Source: a virus
Strand: one strand, 5' to 3'
Virus record (IMG/VR): IMGVR_UViG_3300044463_000016
DNA length: 49,704 bases
Of this stretch, positions 16,217 through 25,495 are shown piece after piece (positions within the stretch are counted from its first letter, which is position 1; each line of letters begins with the position of its first letter). The notes under the pieces were generated by a model. The model worked only from the letters and a program-made list of their open reading frames with translations, did not search any database and was not told the DNA's origin. The position numbers and the translations under genes were made by a program.

Positions 16217-19200
16217 TTACCTCCCTGGTTGAACCTGTGGCTCATTGCGCCGGCTTTCACGCTCGAGCTTTCGGAAACTCGAGGGCGACTGCGTCCGGGC
16301 CCGCATCATCTCGCCCAAGAGCCTTTCATACTCCGCGGGGCTCAAGATCTTTCGATACTCCATCAGGAGCCTTTCTTTCTCGGTGTTCGATTGGGCGTTG
16401 ATGATCGCCTCCAGATACGGATTGCCTGGCACACGCGCGGCCCATCGAAAATAGCGGCTCTGAAATTCCGTTTCGCTCACGTCGCGGCTCACCTTGCCCT
16501 CGCTCCGTAGCTCCCGATAGAGTTGTCGCATGTCGCCGCGGTCTGGCTTCCCCTTGGCTTTCACGGCCGCGTTGATGGATTTCTGTATCCGGCCTTGGAC
16601 GTCGAGAGTCCCGGCCGCTTTTTCCTGTCGAACCTCCTGGCGCACGTCGCGCAGCCGATCGGCGATTCCCTGGTCGCTGATCTTGAGGAAGGCGCCAAGG
16701 ATGTTGCCGGGGAACGAGCGGAGGATTTCCTCGACCGGGGTTTTCGTCTTGACGAGTTCGTTGCGAGCCGGGTCGTACAGCACCGTGCCGCCCAACTCGC
16801 GCCAGGAGTGCTTTGCTAGCCCACTGGCAGCCGCAGTGCCTCCCGCTTCAAACTCCAGATCAGTCAGAACGGGCCGCCCGCGCCACTCATCGGTGGGGTT
16901 GTTGCCGTAGCCGTAGTAATCGAGGAGGTCTCCGCCGACTTTCAGGTAGGGATTCAACTTGGTCGGGCTCCACGGCACTTGCTCTGCAGTGAGATTGACT
17001 GCGCCGCCTTTCCCCATAACTCTGCCATGCGCTAACTTCCAAGCCAGCGCGCTCCAGAACTGGCCTTCATAGTCTTCTGGAATGCGCAGGTAAATCGATT
17101 TGCCGTTTTTGTCGAGGCCAAGCGGAATTGACGTGTAATTCGATTTGTCATACTCAGACATTCCGTCGATGATCCGCTTCAGAATTGAGCCCCCAAGCCC
17201 AGCCGCACCAGCAGCCAGGAGAAGCTTTGGCAGCATGTTCGCCGCCACCGTCTTCCACGCATAGCCGGAGCGGTCCTCGTTGAATGATTCCCAAGACGAG
17301 CGCCAGCCTTCCTTGTTCACATTTGAAAACAGGAACAAGTTATTAGTCAGCGCCTGCGCTTCTCCTTGGCGTTTAATATCAGGCGTTGCAGCCCTGGTTC
17401 TGACAACGTGCCCGATTTCCTTCTGAGTCCTCCAGCCTGGCTTGAGGTACTTAAAAGCGGCGATCTTCCCCGGAATTTCTGACAAGCGACCAAGCCGGTT
17501 CAAGTAATCCGATAGCTTGGCAAGTTTTGCGCGTGCTCCGGAAGCTTCGCGCGCCGCGCCCGTGTCGACTAGAAACTCAGCCGCCTGCCGTTCCAGCTCA
17601 TTTTCAAAGGTCTGCTCCCTCGCCTCATAGGCCCTGCCAGGCAGCAGCATCCGCCCGCGTTGCATCTCGCCAATGTCCTCGCTCCGCTCCCCTTTCATCA
17701 GATAGCGCCAGGCTTCACGGAAAGCATCGTTGTACGCGCGCGCCAGGCGAGCCGCGTCCTTCGGGTTCAAGGCCCCGATCTCCGGCAGGTTTTTGTAGGT
17801 TTGCCGGATGTCACGGAAAACGTTGCGCGCCATCCAGAGCGGGTTTTTCGCCACGAAGATATCCCGGAGTAGCGACATACCCGAAGCCATCACCTCGGCG
17901 ATCTTGGTCGCCTCGAACGGTTGGGCCTCGTAAGACTTTGCAATCGCCTCGCTCACGTAGACGTGAACCGGCTTGCCTTTGTCAAGGTAGGTCATCAGCG
18001 CTTGCCGCGGGTTCGCCGGCTCCTTCGGTACACGGGCGCCGACGTTCGCGTCCCACTTCATTTCTGCCGGCGTGAAAGCCTCTGGATCGTTCAGCCGGAA
18101 ATGGTCGATCAGTGACCGCTTCGACTCATTCACCTTCGCCGATCGCAAAACAGCCATATCCTGAAGAGCCGTGACCACCAGCGGATTCTCAATGCCTGAC
18201 AGCGTTCCCACTTGCTTGTAGACACGCGCGGACACGCCCGGCCCATAGGTCTTATCCAGCCAGTGGGAGACGCCAAACCGCACGTAAGCCTTGTGGTCTT
18301 TCATCAGCTCGATCAGCTCTGGCGAGTAGATCCCAGAAGCCTCGGCGCGCGGGATGATCAGATCCTCGCGCAACCGACGAAACTCGGCAGCCGCTTCCTC
18401 CAACTTTCCAAACTTCTCCGCGCCGAGCTCCGTCTTCATGCCGTCGAGCGTCTTCCGCGCCGTCGCTTCGCTGTACCCCAGCGGGTTGCCCATCAGCTCG
18501 CGTTCGCCCTCGGCGATGCGAGTCAAGAATTGATAAGTCCCGAGCTGGTCCGGCGTGAGACCCGCTTTGCGGATCGGTTGCAGGACCTGGCTGCCAATAT
18601 CTTCCAGGTAGTTGCCAGCCTCGCTGGCTAGGTACTGGATTTCCTCCAAGTCGTAGCGTGCCTCGCTGGCAGCCGCACCCATGATGCCGCCCTGCCTTTC
18701 GCCCTTGCGGACGGATTTGAGGGCCCCTTGGCTGCGATCGATCAATTTGCGCATCAGCCAGTTCGTAGCATCCTCCACGCGCGACCTGCGCCGCTTGTTC
18801 AGCTCCTCACGGCGATTGCGTCCTTCCTCGAACATGTCCTCGACGCGTCCCAGCCGCGGAGGAATGTTGCCGCCTCCCCCGCCGCCGAGCCGGGCTTGGA
18901 TGTCGTCATAACTCTCCTTCACGTCTGGCTTGCGCTCCATGTAGTTGAAGATTCCCCGCCAGAAGTTTGGTGCCATCTGCTGTAGCTTGTCTGGCTCGTT
19001 CATCAGCACGGAGAAGGCGTCCGCGTAGAGTTCCTTGCCGGAATAGCGGTAATCCCGATACTTCGGATCAACCATATCCTCGTTGAACGGCTTCCAGTAC
19101 TGAGTCACAGCCTTGAGCTCGTCGCTCACCGTTTCGTTTTCCAGCAACGCCCGTTTGCGGATCTCCTCGATGATCAACTCGCGATACTTCTTGGACACTT

Positions 19201-22200
19201 CTTTGGGATCCGGCTTGCCCTTGCGACGGAGCACGCGGCCTGTCTTTTCCATCGTGACTTTGGTTGGAAAGTCCGGGAACACGGGCGGGCCGGGCGTCTT
19301 GCCTTTCATGGCTTCGACGACAACCTGCTTCTTGGTCGCGCGATCAAGCCGCGCGATGTACTCATAAAGCCGCTTGTCGATGCCTTCGGCGCTGGCGACC
19401 GTGTTCCGCCAAATAGCGAGGACCTCATCGGGGGTGTAGGGCGTCTCTTTCTTGATCACTTCATCGATGCCGATCTCGGCGTCGGTCTTTAACGCGTCAT
19501 TCGCCAACTTGCGAATTCGCCGGCGATCCTTGTCGGTCAGCCCTGCCGGGCCGCCAGGCCAGCCAGGAAGCGTATGCTTCAGGTGTTCTTTCAGCGAAGC
19601 GATGCGGCCCAGCAGATTGCCGCGATCCAGCATCTGGTGAGTGTCCGGATCTTTCGAGTCCGCCACCCAGTCGATCAAGTGGCCCAGTTCGTGAGCCATC
19701 ACCTTGGGCGCAAGCGTCGGATCTTTCCGGTAGGCGAGGAATTCCCACATTCCCTTTCGCCGGTTGTATTCCTTGGTGAAGTGCAGATCCGCTTCAGGGA
19801 TGCCGCTCGACTGCCGAATGCGCTGCTTGAACTCATCAAACGCCTCAGCCGACCCTTTGGCAGGCACCACTTTCCTGGCCAGCCGTTCGCCGATGAACAG
19901 ATCGCGCCGCAGCTTGATGTCAGCAGCCGCGCCCGGCCCTTCTGTGTGGGTCATTCGTCCCAGGGCGCGACCTAAGAATTTCTTCAACGCCGGCAGCTTG
20001 CCCTCATTGATTGCCTGTGCAATCTCGACCAGCTCGGGCATCTCGACGCGCGCCCTTTCGAGATTGGCGTAAGCCGCCCGCTCCGGGCCAGGTCGCGCGG
20101 CTCCTGCTTCAGTTTCTGGGCCTTCCCTCTCGACGCGCGGCTCGACTGGTGCCAAGCCGGGCTTGTAGCCGCCTTCGGACGCTTCACCGCTGGGAGGCTT
20201 CTTCTCTGCGCCAAACATCTCGCCTTGAACGGTGGGCTCCTCGGTGCCAAACAGCGGGCCTCGGACGTCGCCCATGCGTCGAGTGACTTTGCCCTTTCCT
20301 GACCGGATCAGCTCAGCCTCGGCTTGCTTCCGGCTCTCGGCGGCCGCGTCTGCCATCCCTTTGGCAACGCTCTCCATCGTGACGGGGGGCTCCTCGGACT
20401 TTCGAGGTAGAACTTGTGGAGTAACGATCTTTGGCTGAAGAGACTGGTGGGCTCTTTCTTCAATGTTACGAGCCTGCTGCTCACCGGATTTGTAGGCTGT
20501 CTTCAGAGTCTGGACGATCTCAGCAGTAGGAGTCCCTTTCTGTACCAGTTGGATCGCGTGTTGAAGTGGAGTAACTGGAGTCTCAACCTTCGGTTCTGCT
20601 TTGGCTTCTTCGGGTGTCTCCTCGGGAGTGATAGTCGGCTCGGGGGTTTCCCGCTCCGGTATATTACTTGCGGGTAATCCTTCTCCGGGAACCTCGCGTT
20701 TGACTAGGGTCTCGGTGGGTTTTACTTCTGCGGGGGCTTCTGCTTTGACTTCTGGCTCTGCCGGCGCTTCAGCTCTTTCTGCTGGCGCGCCGAGCTTGAA
20801 TTGCATCCGCTCCGGTTCGAGGTCGAGATCCTTCAAGGGAACGCGGCTCACGTCCTCAAAAAGCGGCTTCCCCTTGCGTGTCAGCTTCCGGTACTTTTTG
20901 GCTGTCTCGCCGGCTTTGGCAGATCCCATAGCTGCGTCGGCTTCGGCCTGGGTGTCGCCAGCTCCACCGCGCAGGTAGTTGGAATATTCAGAGTCTCCGA
21001 TCGGGCGCTCTCCATAAATGGCCTTGGCACGTTCTACCAGCTCCGCCATGCTCCCTTTAGGCCCGATCGCATAGATTTCATCGCCCTTGGGGGTAAAAAC
21101 GCGCGGAGGGAGGCCAAGCTCCTTGGAAGCCTGGGCGACCGCCTCGGCCGCGGCCTTGATCTCTCGGTCGCCGGCTTGGGGACTATCCAGATCATTCCGA
21201 GCTTTCATGTTAGCCACGTCGAGCGAGGCAATCTCGGTCTCTGGGTCAAGTTCTGCTGTCGGAAGTGCTCGTTGCAGGGCCGCCGCACTGCCATAGCCGG
21301 TTTTCGGATGGACTTCAAGCTCGCGCCTGGCAACGTCGCGCTGCTCCTCGGCGGCTTCCTTCTGGCGGATCAGCTCCTCCACGTAGGGCTCGGCGGGCTT
21401 CAGGCGACCTCTGTGGCCTGGGATCCAGGTCTTTTCAATGGGCGCCGGTTCCCAACCGGGCGGGAGCGTCTCAGGAATTGCCGGTTTCGTTTCACCTAAA
21501 GCCCCTTCCGTCTCGACTTTGGGCTCCAACGTTCCACGTGGAGCCTTAGTCGTCTCAACGATTGGCTCCTCAAATGCGCGCGGCCTGATCGGTTCGGCTT
21601 CGACATTGAGGCGCGGCTCAGGTGTCCGTGCCCGTGGCGGGCCTTCGACGGTAATGCTTGGCTCAACAAACGCCTCGCCCTCTGCAAGCCGCCTTTGCCC
21701 ACCAGGAAGCGGTTGATCTGTCAGGATCTCGCCGGTCTTTGGCTCCGGTCGCGGCCTGAATCCTAAGAACTCCCCAGTTTTACGTACTGCCTCCCTCGCT
21801 CCTGGAAAGTCCTTATACTGTTTGCCGCCAAGTCCGGCCCCGTGAGCGCCAGTCAACCCAATCAACCCGCCCGCTGCCATCATTTGGCCGAGGATTCTTT
21901 CAGCCCCATCGATGTCGCCAGCGTCGAGAGCTGCCCTGAATTGCCGCCCTTGCTCCGGGAACTCTGACAGCATGTCCACGGAAAACCCGAGACTGACGGC
22001 CCTGCCCAGAGGCCCGGTTGCAAGTCTCATCAGTGCCCCGGAAGACCAGAGGGCTGCATTGCTCAGGCTTGGCGCTGTCAGCGAAGACAGGACATCGGCG
22101 ACGCCCTTGACCAGCGGCATGTCGTCGGGAGCAAATTCCGCGAAGTTAACCAGCGGAGCATTCCCCTCCGGCTCGATCTTTCCGCCTGCTTTCAGCTTGT

Positions 22201-22879
22201 CTTTCCAGGTGCCGAGAAAGGTCTCAGGGCCTTGCGTCGCCCGGTAAAAGTTTTCACCTTGCCCGGCTGCAGCCTGAAACTCCAGGTCTTGAGCTCCGAG
22301 CGTTGCGCTGGTGGCTTGCTGCTGCTCTACGGGCGGTATAGCTCCGGGCGGCGGGGCCGTAATGGGCTTGGTTCGGCTCACCATTCCAGGAGGGAGGTTG
22401 CGGATCTGCGAGCCAAACGGAACGCTGATATCTGCGGTCTGGCCAACTACGGGTGGGCGGTTGAGCTTTGAAAATACATCCAGCGGCACCACTGCGTTAG
22501 CAATTGGTCCCTTTGGTCTGAGAGGCCGTGGGGCAGAAATCCCCGCCTCGGGTACTGGCGCTGCGAGACGCTGTGGAGCGACCGAAGGCGGGGCTGCAAC
22601 CGGCCCAGGAAGAGGAGAGGCTCCCGGGTGCGTCCCGGCTGCCGATGTGGGTGGCGGTTGTACTTGAGGTTCTGTGGGCGGGGTAACGGTACGCGGAGGG
22701 CGGTAGGGCATATCCTCGGCTGGTGGCACCACAGTCCGGGGCGGACGGTAGGGCGCGTCGGTGATCTCCTGCTCGAAACCCGCGGGGAGTGTGTCGAAGG
22801 GGTTAGGGCGAGACTCCTCCCGAACGGATGTCTCCGGTTCAAACCCTTTCGGCAGCAGTGTTAGCGCGCTGGTACCCAT
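16217..22879 (-). CDS. Giant polyvalent virion/ejection protein (2220 aa) with HExxH zincin motif
   Basis: A single uninterrupted ORF. The N-terminus is Pro-rich with a tandem PYRPPRTV(V/T)PP repeat. There is a degenerate GGDEF-like segment at aa 523-665. The MAHELGHLIDW zincin motif (nt 19679-19693) has a distal ELYADAFSVLM segment. The remaining roughly 900-aa C-terminal region is uncharacterised. Confidence 0.8.
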   Translation of the reverse strand: MGTSALTLLPKGFEPETSVREESRPNPFDTLPAGFEQEITDAPYRPPRTVVPPAEDMPYRPPRTVTPPTEPQVQPPPTSAAGTHPGASPLPGPVAAPPSVAPQRLAAPVPEAGISAPRPLRPKGPIANAVVPLDVFSKLNRPPVVGQTADISVPFGSQIRNLPPGMVSRTKPITAPPPGAIPPVEQQQATSATLGAQDLEFQAAAGQGENFYRATQGPETFLGTWKDKLKAGGKIEPEGNAPLVNFAEFAPDDMPLVKGVADVLSSLTAPSLSNAALWSSGALMRLATGPLGRAVSLGFSVDMLSEFPEQGRQFRAALDAGDIDGAERILGQMMAAGGLIGLTGAHGAGLGGKQYKDFPGAREAVRKTGEFLGFRPRPEPKTGEILTDQPLPGGQRRLAEGEAFVEPSITVEGPPRARTPEPRLNVEAEPIRPRAFEEPIVETTKAPRGTLEPKVETEGALGETKPAIPETLPPGWEPAPIEKTWIPGHRGRLKPAEPYVEELIRQKEAAEEQRDVARRELEVHPKTGYGSAAALQRALPTAELDPETEIASLDVANMKARNDLDSPQAGDREIKAAAEAVAQASKELGLPPRVFTPKGDEIYAIGPKGSMAELVERAKAIYGERPIGDSEYSNYLRGGAGDTQAEADAAMGSAKAGETAKKYRKLTRKGKPLFEDVSRVPLKDLDLEPERMQFKLGAPAERAEAPAEPEVKAEAPAEVKPTETLVKREVPGEGLPASNIPERETPEPTITPEETPEEAKAEPKVETPVTPLQHAIQLVQKGTPTAEIVQTLKTAYKSGEQQARNIEERAHQSLQPKIVTPQVLPRKSEEPPVTMESVAKGMADAAAESRKQAEAELIRSGKGKVTRRMGDVRGPLFGTEEPTVQGEMFGAEKKPPSGEASEGGYKPGLAPVEPRVEREGPETEAGAARPGPERAAYANLERARVEMPELVEIAQAINEGKLPALKKFLGRALGRMTHTEGPGAAADIKLRRDLFIGERLARKVVPAKGSAEAFDEFKQRIRQSSGIPEADLHFTKEYNRRKGMWEFLAYRKDPTLAPKVMAHELGHLIDWVADSKDPDTHQMLDRGNLLGRIASLKEHLKHTLPGWPGGPAGLTDKDRRRIRKLANDALKTDAEIGIDEVIKKETPYTPDEVLAIWRNTVASAEGIDKRLYEYIARLDRATKKQVVVEAMKGKTPGPPVFPDFPTKVTMEKTGRVLRRKGKPDPKEVSKKYRELIIEEIRKRALLENETVSDELKAVTQYWKPFNEDMVDPKYRDYRYSGKELYADAFSVLMNEPDKLQQMAPNFWRGIFNYMERKPDVKESYDDIQARLGGGGGGNIPPRLGRVEDMFEEGRNRREELNKRRRSRVEDATNWLMRKLIDRSQGALKSVRKGERQGGIMGAAASEARYDLEEIQYLASEAGNYLEDIGSQVLQPIRKAGLTPDQLGTYQFLTRIAEGERELMGNPLGYSEATARKTLDGMKTELGAEKFGKLEEAAAEFRRLREDLIIPRAEASGIYSPELIELMKDHKAYVRFGVSHWLDKTYGPGVSARVYKQVGTLSGIENPLVVTALQDMAVLRSAKVNESKRSLIDHFRLNDPEAFTPAEMKWDANVGARVPKEPANPRQALMTYLDKGKPVHVYVSEAIAKSYEAQPFEATKIAEVMASGMSLLRDIFVAKNPLWMARNVFRDIRQTYKNLPEIGALNPKDAARLARAYNDAFREAWRYLMKGERSEDIGEMQRGRMLLPGRAYEAREQTFENELERQAAEFLVDTGAAREASGARAKLAKLSDYLNRLGRLSEIPGKIAAFKYLKPGWRTQKEIGHVVRTRAATPDIKRQGEAQALTNNLFLFSNVNKEGWRSSWESFNEDRSGYAWKTVAANMLPKLLLAAGAAGLGGSILKRIIDGMSEYDKSNYTSIPLGLDKNGKSIYLRIPEDYEGQFWSALAWKLAHGRVMGKGGAVNLTAEQVPWSPTKLNPYLKVGGDLLDYYGYGNNPTDEWRGRPVLTDLEFEAGGTAAASGLAKHSWRELGGTVLYDPARNELVKTKTPVEEILRSFPGNILGAFLKISDQGIADRLRDVRQEVRQEKAAGTLDVQGRIQKSINAAVKAKGKPDRGDMRQLYRELRSEGKVSRDVSETEFQSRYFRWAARVPGNPYLEAIINAQSNTEKERLLMEYRKILSPAEYERLLGEMMRARTQSPSSFRKLERESRRNEPQVQPGR

Positions 22880-24051
22880 CTAGACCCGTCCCATTGAATT
22901 CGTTCTCCCGTGCTCGGGTTGCGGTAGATCGCCCCGATCGGGAGATCGGTATTCTCCTCACCTGTTGGGGCTGCGGCTTCTTCCTCGTCCTGCATGTCAG
23001 CCGAGTCCGCTTCCATCGAGTCAGATTCATCCGGTTCACTGAAGCCGTCGTCTTCTTGAGAGTCCTCGGCTTCGGCTGGCGCAAGAATTTGCATCTGCCG
23101 CAGCAAGTGTTCTTCCTGCCTCTTCAGCTTCTCCAGCTCAGCGCGCGCCTCCTCATTGACTCGCTGTTTCGAGATCGCCCTCATTGATGGCTGATTATCA
23201 AGCGAATAGTCGTTGTCAATGGCCTCCAAGCGCTTGGCCGCCTGATCCTGCGTGTCCTTAATCCTGCGTTGCACCACACCCAGAGAGGTCCTGGCATCGG
23301 CATTGGCGGTCGTACCGCGCGGGACGCCTGCCGGCCGAGCGGCGCGCGCCGCTGCCGGGTCTGCCGGAGTGAGAACTTCGCCGGTATCTCGGCTGTAAGT
23401 CCCCTGGCCCGGATTGTAGGTGGAAAACGGACTGCGCCCTGCGTTGGGTCGGCGGCGTTGCTCTGCGAGGGCCTTCTGCGCGTCCTGGGTGAACCTCTGC
23501 GTCTTCGTCTGCTCGGTGAGCAGATTGATCCGTGGGACCGTAAACTTTTCCTCCCGAGAGTTCCTGGCCCCCTGGTAATTCAGAGTGGTGCTCCTAAAGA
23601 GGGCTGTGTTCCTGGCCTCGCGTCGCTGACGCTCGAGGTCCGCACCTTCCTTCAGTCCCCCGATCCGTCGCCGGTGTGCGCCCACGTTACGCGCGTAGTC
23701 CTCCCGAGCACGTTCCTCCGGGACATCGAAGACGTTGCGCGACACGACATCTGCCCCGCGTCCGGCTGCCGCTCCCAACCCGATCGCGCCAAGAGTCTTC
23801 CAGAAACCCAGCTTCTTCGGGGACACGTAGCCGGGCTCCGGCTCTGCGGCTGCCCTGGAATAGGCCTGCTCGGCCTGTCCTGGCTCGGTGTCGAACATCA
23901 TCGCCGCGCGCTGGCTTCGTACAGCGGGCTGGCTTCGCCGTTGATCTGCGGGAGGCGTGCCGGGCGGAAGACTCTCCATGTCGCTGAAAAACCTTTCCCC
24001 TTCTTCGGGCCGCCTGCGGAAGATCGTTTCGCCTCGTCTTGATTGCGCCAT
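22861..24051 (-). CDS. Internal virion/ejection-type protein (396 aa)
   Basis: Low-complexity R/A/E-rich protein with one hydrophobic segment (FWKTLGAIGLGAAAG) and an acidic tail. It overlaps the giant gene's start by 19 nt. Confidence 0.6.
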   Translation of the reverse strand: MAQSRRGETIFRRRPEEGERFFSDMESLPPGTPPADQRRSQPAVRSQRAAMMFDTEPGQAEQAYSRAAAEPEPGYVSPKKLGFWKTLGAIGLGAAAGRGADVVSRNVFDVPEERAREDYARNVGAHRRRIGGLKEGADLERQRREARNTALFRSTTLNYQGARNSREEKFTVPRINLLTEQTKTQRFTQDAQKALAEQRRRPNAGRSPFSTYNPGQGTYSRDTGEVLTPADPAAARAARPAGVPRGTTANADARTSLGVVQRRIKDTQDQAAKRLEAIDNDYSLDNQPSMRAISKQRVNEEARAELEKLKRQEEHLLRQMQILAPAEAEDSQEDDGFSEPDESDSMEADSADMQDEEEAAAPTGEENTDLPIGAIYRNPSTGERIQWDGSRWVPAR

Positions 24052-24401
24052 TTGGATCCCTAACCTTTCTGTGCCATTTGCCGATACGGTACGACGTGAC
24101 GAACAGAGGACTGCTCAGTACCACAGCCGGTGTTTTGGTCTTTTGGGTCTGCGTGTTTCTTGTGTTTGTCAACTATCAGGAGGGCATTCAACAAGTTGTC
24201 CGCGCTCATGCTCTTACCGATTCCGGCTGGGATCTCCTCGTCGAAGTGACTGGATGGATTATTTTTCTGCTTCCATGCCTGCTGCTGGCTCAGTATCATG
24301 ACGAGTCCAAAGACTATGTTCAGTTCATCGAAAAACAGCTAATCGACTACGAACGGTGGGCTTCAGAACTGAAGCACCAACGCAAAGGAGAATCATTGTG
24401 A
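24039..24401 (+). CDS. Moron gene 1: small two-TM membrane protein (start uncertain)
   Basis: Lies opposite to the surrounding operon. Has TM segments GVLVFWVCVFLVFV and GWIIFLLPCLLLA. Its stop overlaps the next start (GTGA). Candidate starts are TTG 24039, TTG 24078 and GTG 24096, and none has a good SD. Confidence 0.45.
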   Translation: MIAPFGSLTFLCHLPIRYDVTNRGLLSTTAGVLVFWVCVFLVFVNYQEGIQQVVRAHALTDSGWDLLVEVTGWIIFLLPCLLLAQYHDESKDYVQFIEKQLIDYERWASELKHQRKGESL

Positions 24402-24796
24402 AACGCCTTACCTTCGCCCTCCTGTTCCTTTGTCTCCCCGCATTCGCCAAGGACCGCGCCTGCAAAGAGTGCAAATGGCAAGAAGGGAAGCTCATCGATT
24501 CGGCGTCCAAATCCTCTGAAAGCCATGTTTTCACTCTCAACAATGGCGCAAGCTCGCTTCCCATTTACCGCGATGACTCCACCTACACCTACATCATTGA
24601 CGCTGGAGACCGCCTGTATGTGGGCTACAGATACGAACCGCTAAGTGTCACCATCAACGCACCCATCAAGTTCACCCTGACCAAGGACAAAAAGAAAAAG
24701 GCTGATATTCTCGGAATCATCGACGAGAACCAGAAAGTTCAATGGCTCTGGCTCTCAAAGAAGATTCTCAAGGAACCAGTTACCCGAAACGATTAG
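24398..24796 (+). CDS. Moron gene 2: secreted/periplasmic beta-rich protein
   Basis: GTG 24398 lies 7 nt after aaggag. It has a signal peptide KRLTFALLFLCLPAFA|KD and a strong C-ending codon bias. Its stop overlaps the stop of the convergent - strand gene (ttag, 24793-24796). Confidence 0.7.
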   Translation: MKRLTFALLFLCLPAFAKDRACKECKWQEGKLIDSASKSSESHVFTLNNGASSLPIYRDDSTYTYIIDAGDRLYVGYRYEPLSVTINAPIKFTLTKDKKKKADILGIIDENQKVQWLWLSKKILKEPVTRND

Positions 24797-25380
24797 ATCG
24801 TTGGTGCGGGCTTCGGCCTCCTGGCCGCCAGCCCGCCGCTCGCCACCTGAGCCCCACCACTGAGTGCAGCCGTTGCCACATCAAACCACGGGCTTCGCGC
24901 ATACGCCTGCTGGCTGTACAGATCGGCCGCGTTCTGAGCCTCTCCGCGCCCGCTGGTGAACGCCCCGGTGTCGATGCCGTACAGCCTAGCCAGCAGGTTG
25001 GTTCCTTGCTCTTGCCTCCGTTGCTGCTCGTCTTCAGCCTGCTGCGCGAACCCGTAGTTCTGCATCATTCGCCTGCGCCGCTCCTCCGCGAAGGCGAGCT
25101 TGTTGGTTCGAGTAGAAGACCCCAAAGCCTTTGCCTCCTCTCTCGCCAGCTCAGCCGTTGCGCCACCAAAACCGGCCGAGTTGCCAGTCGCAGCGACTCG
25201 GCGGCCCATACTCTCGCGGGCTTTGCCGAACGCACTCGAGACGCCTCCCGTGGTGTCTTGGGTGATTGCAGACTGCTCTTCAGGGCTATACCCCTCGTTC
25301 TGGGTCAAGCCCTGAAGTCGCTGCTGGAGCTGCTCCGAATAACCTGTGTCGTCAGCCAACGACGTGGCTCTCGGCATCAC
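24793..25380 (-). CDS. Internal virion-type Gly/Gln-rich protein, 5' end uncertain
   Basis: 195 aa from GTG 25380 / ATG 25377. The same frame stays open and protein-like up to 25512, with no ATG/GTG/TTG in that stretch. Confidence 0.55.
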   Translation of the reverse strand: MMPRATSLADDTGYSEQLQQRLQGLTQNEGYSPEEQSAITQDTTGGVSSAFGKARESMGRRVAATGNSAGFGGATAELAREEAKALGSSTRTNKLAFAEERRRRMMQNYGFAQQAEDEQQRRQEQGTNLLARLYGIDTGAFTSGRGEAQNAADLYSQQAYARSPWFDVATAALSGGAQVASGGLAARRPKPAPTI

Positions 25381-25495
25381 GGCCGCTCGCCCTTCCTTCT
25401 GGGTCGCGAGTTGCTCTTTGCTTGTCCCGAGCTGGAAGTCGAAGAGCTGTTCGCTCTGTTCCCTCGCTTGTTGCTGTTCTTTGCGGCCCGTATAG

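Noticed and set aside
16229-22864. Dozens of 60-230-aa ORFs on both strands within the giant gene (e.g. 17527-18075, 20801-21499, 22447-22842)
   Set aside because: All lie inside one uninterrupted 6.6-kb ORF and have low-complexity R/P/S/A compositions typical of off-frame shadows.
16217-22879. Calling the 2220-aa protein a tape measure
   Set aside because: There are no tail tube, sheath or chaperone-frameshift genes nearby. It contains HExxH and other enzyme-like segments and long Pro/Glu linkers rather than a uniform helical ruler.
23269-24042. 257-aa + strand ORF
   Set aside because: It is antisense to the 396-aa - strand gene, Arg/Gly/Pro-rich, and lacks an SD. It is a shadow ORF.
24060-24564. 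Two 79-aa - strand ORFs that would keep this interval co-directional with the late operon
   Set aside because: Their sequences look non-protein-like. In contrast, the + strand ORF 24398-24796 has an SD, a signal peptide and a strong codon bias.
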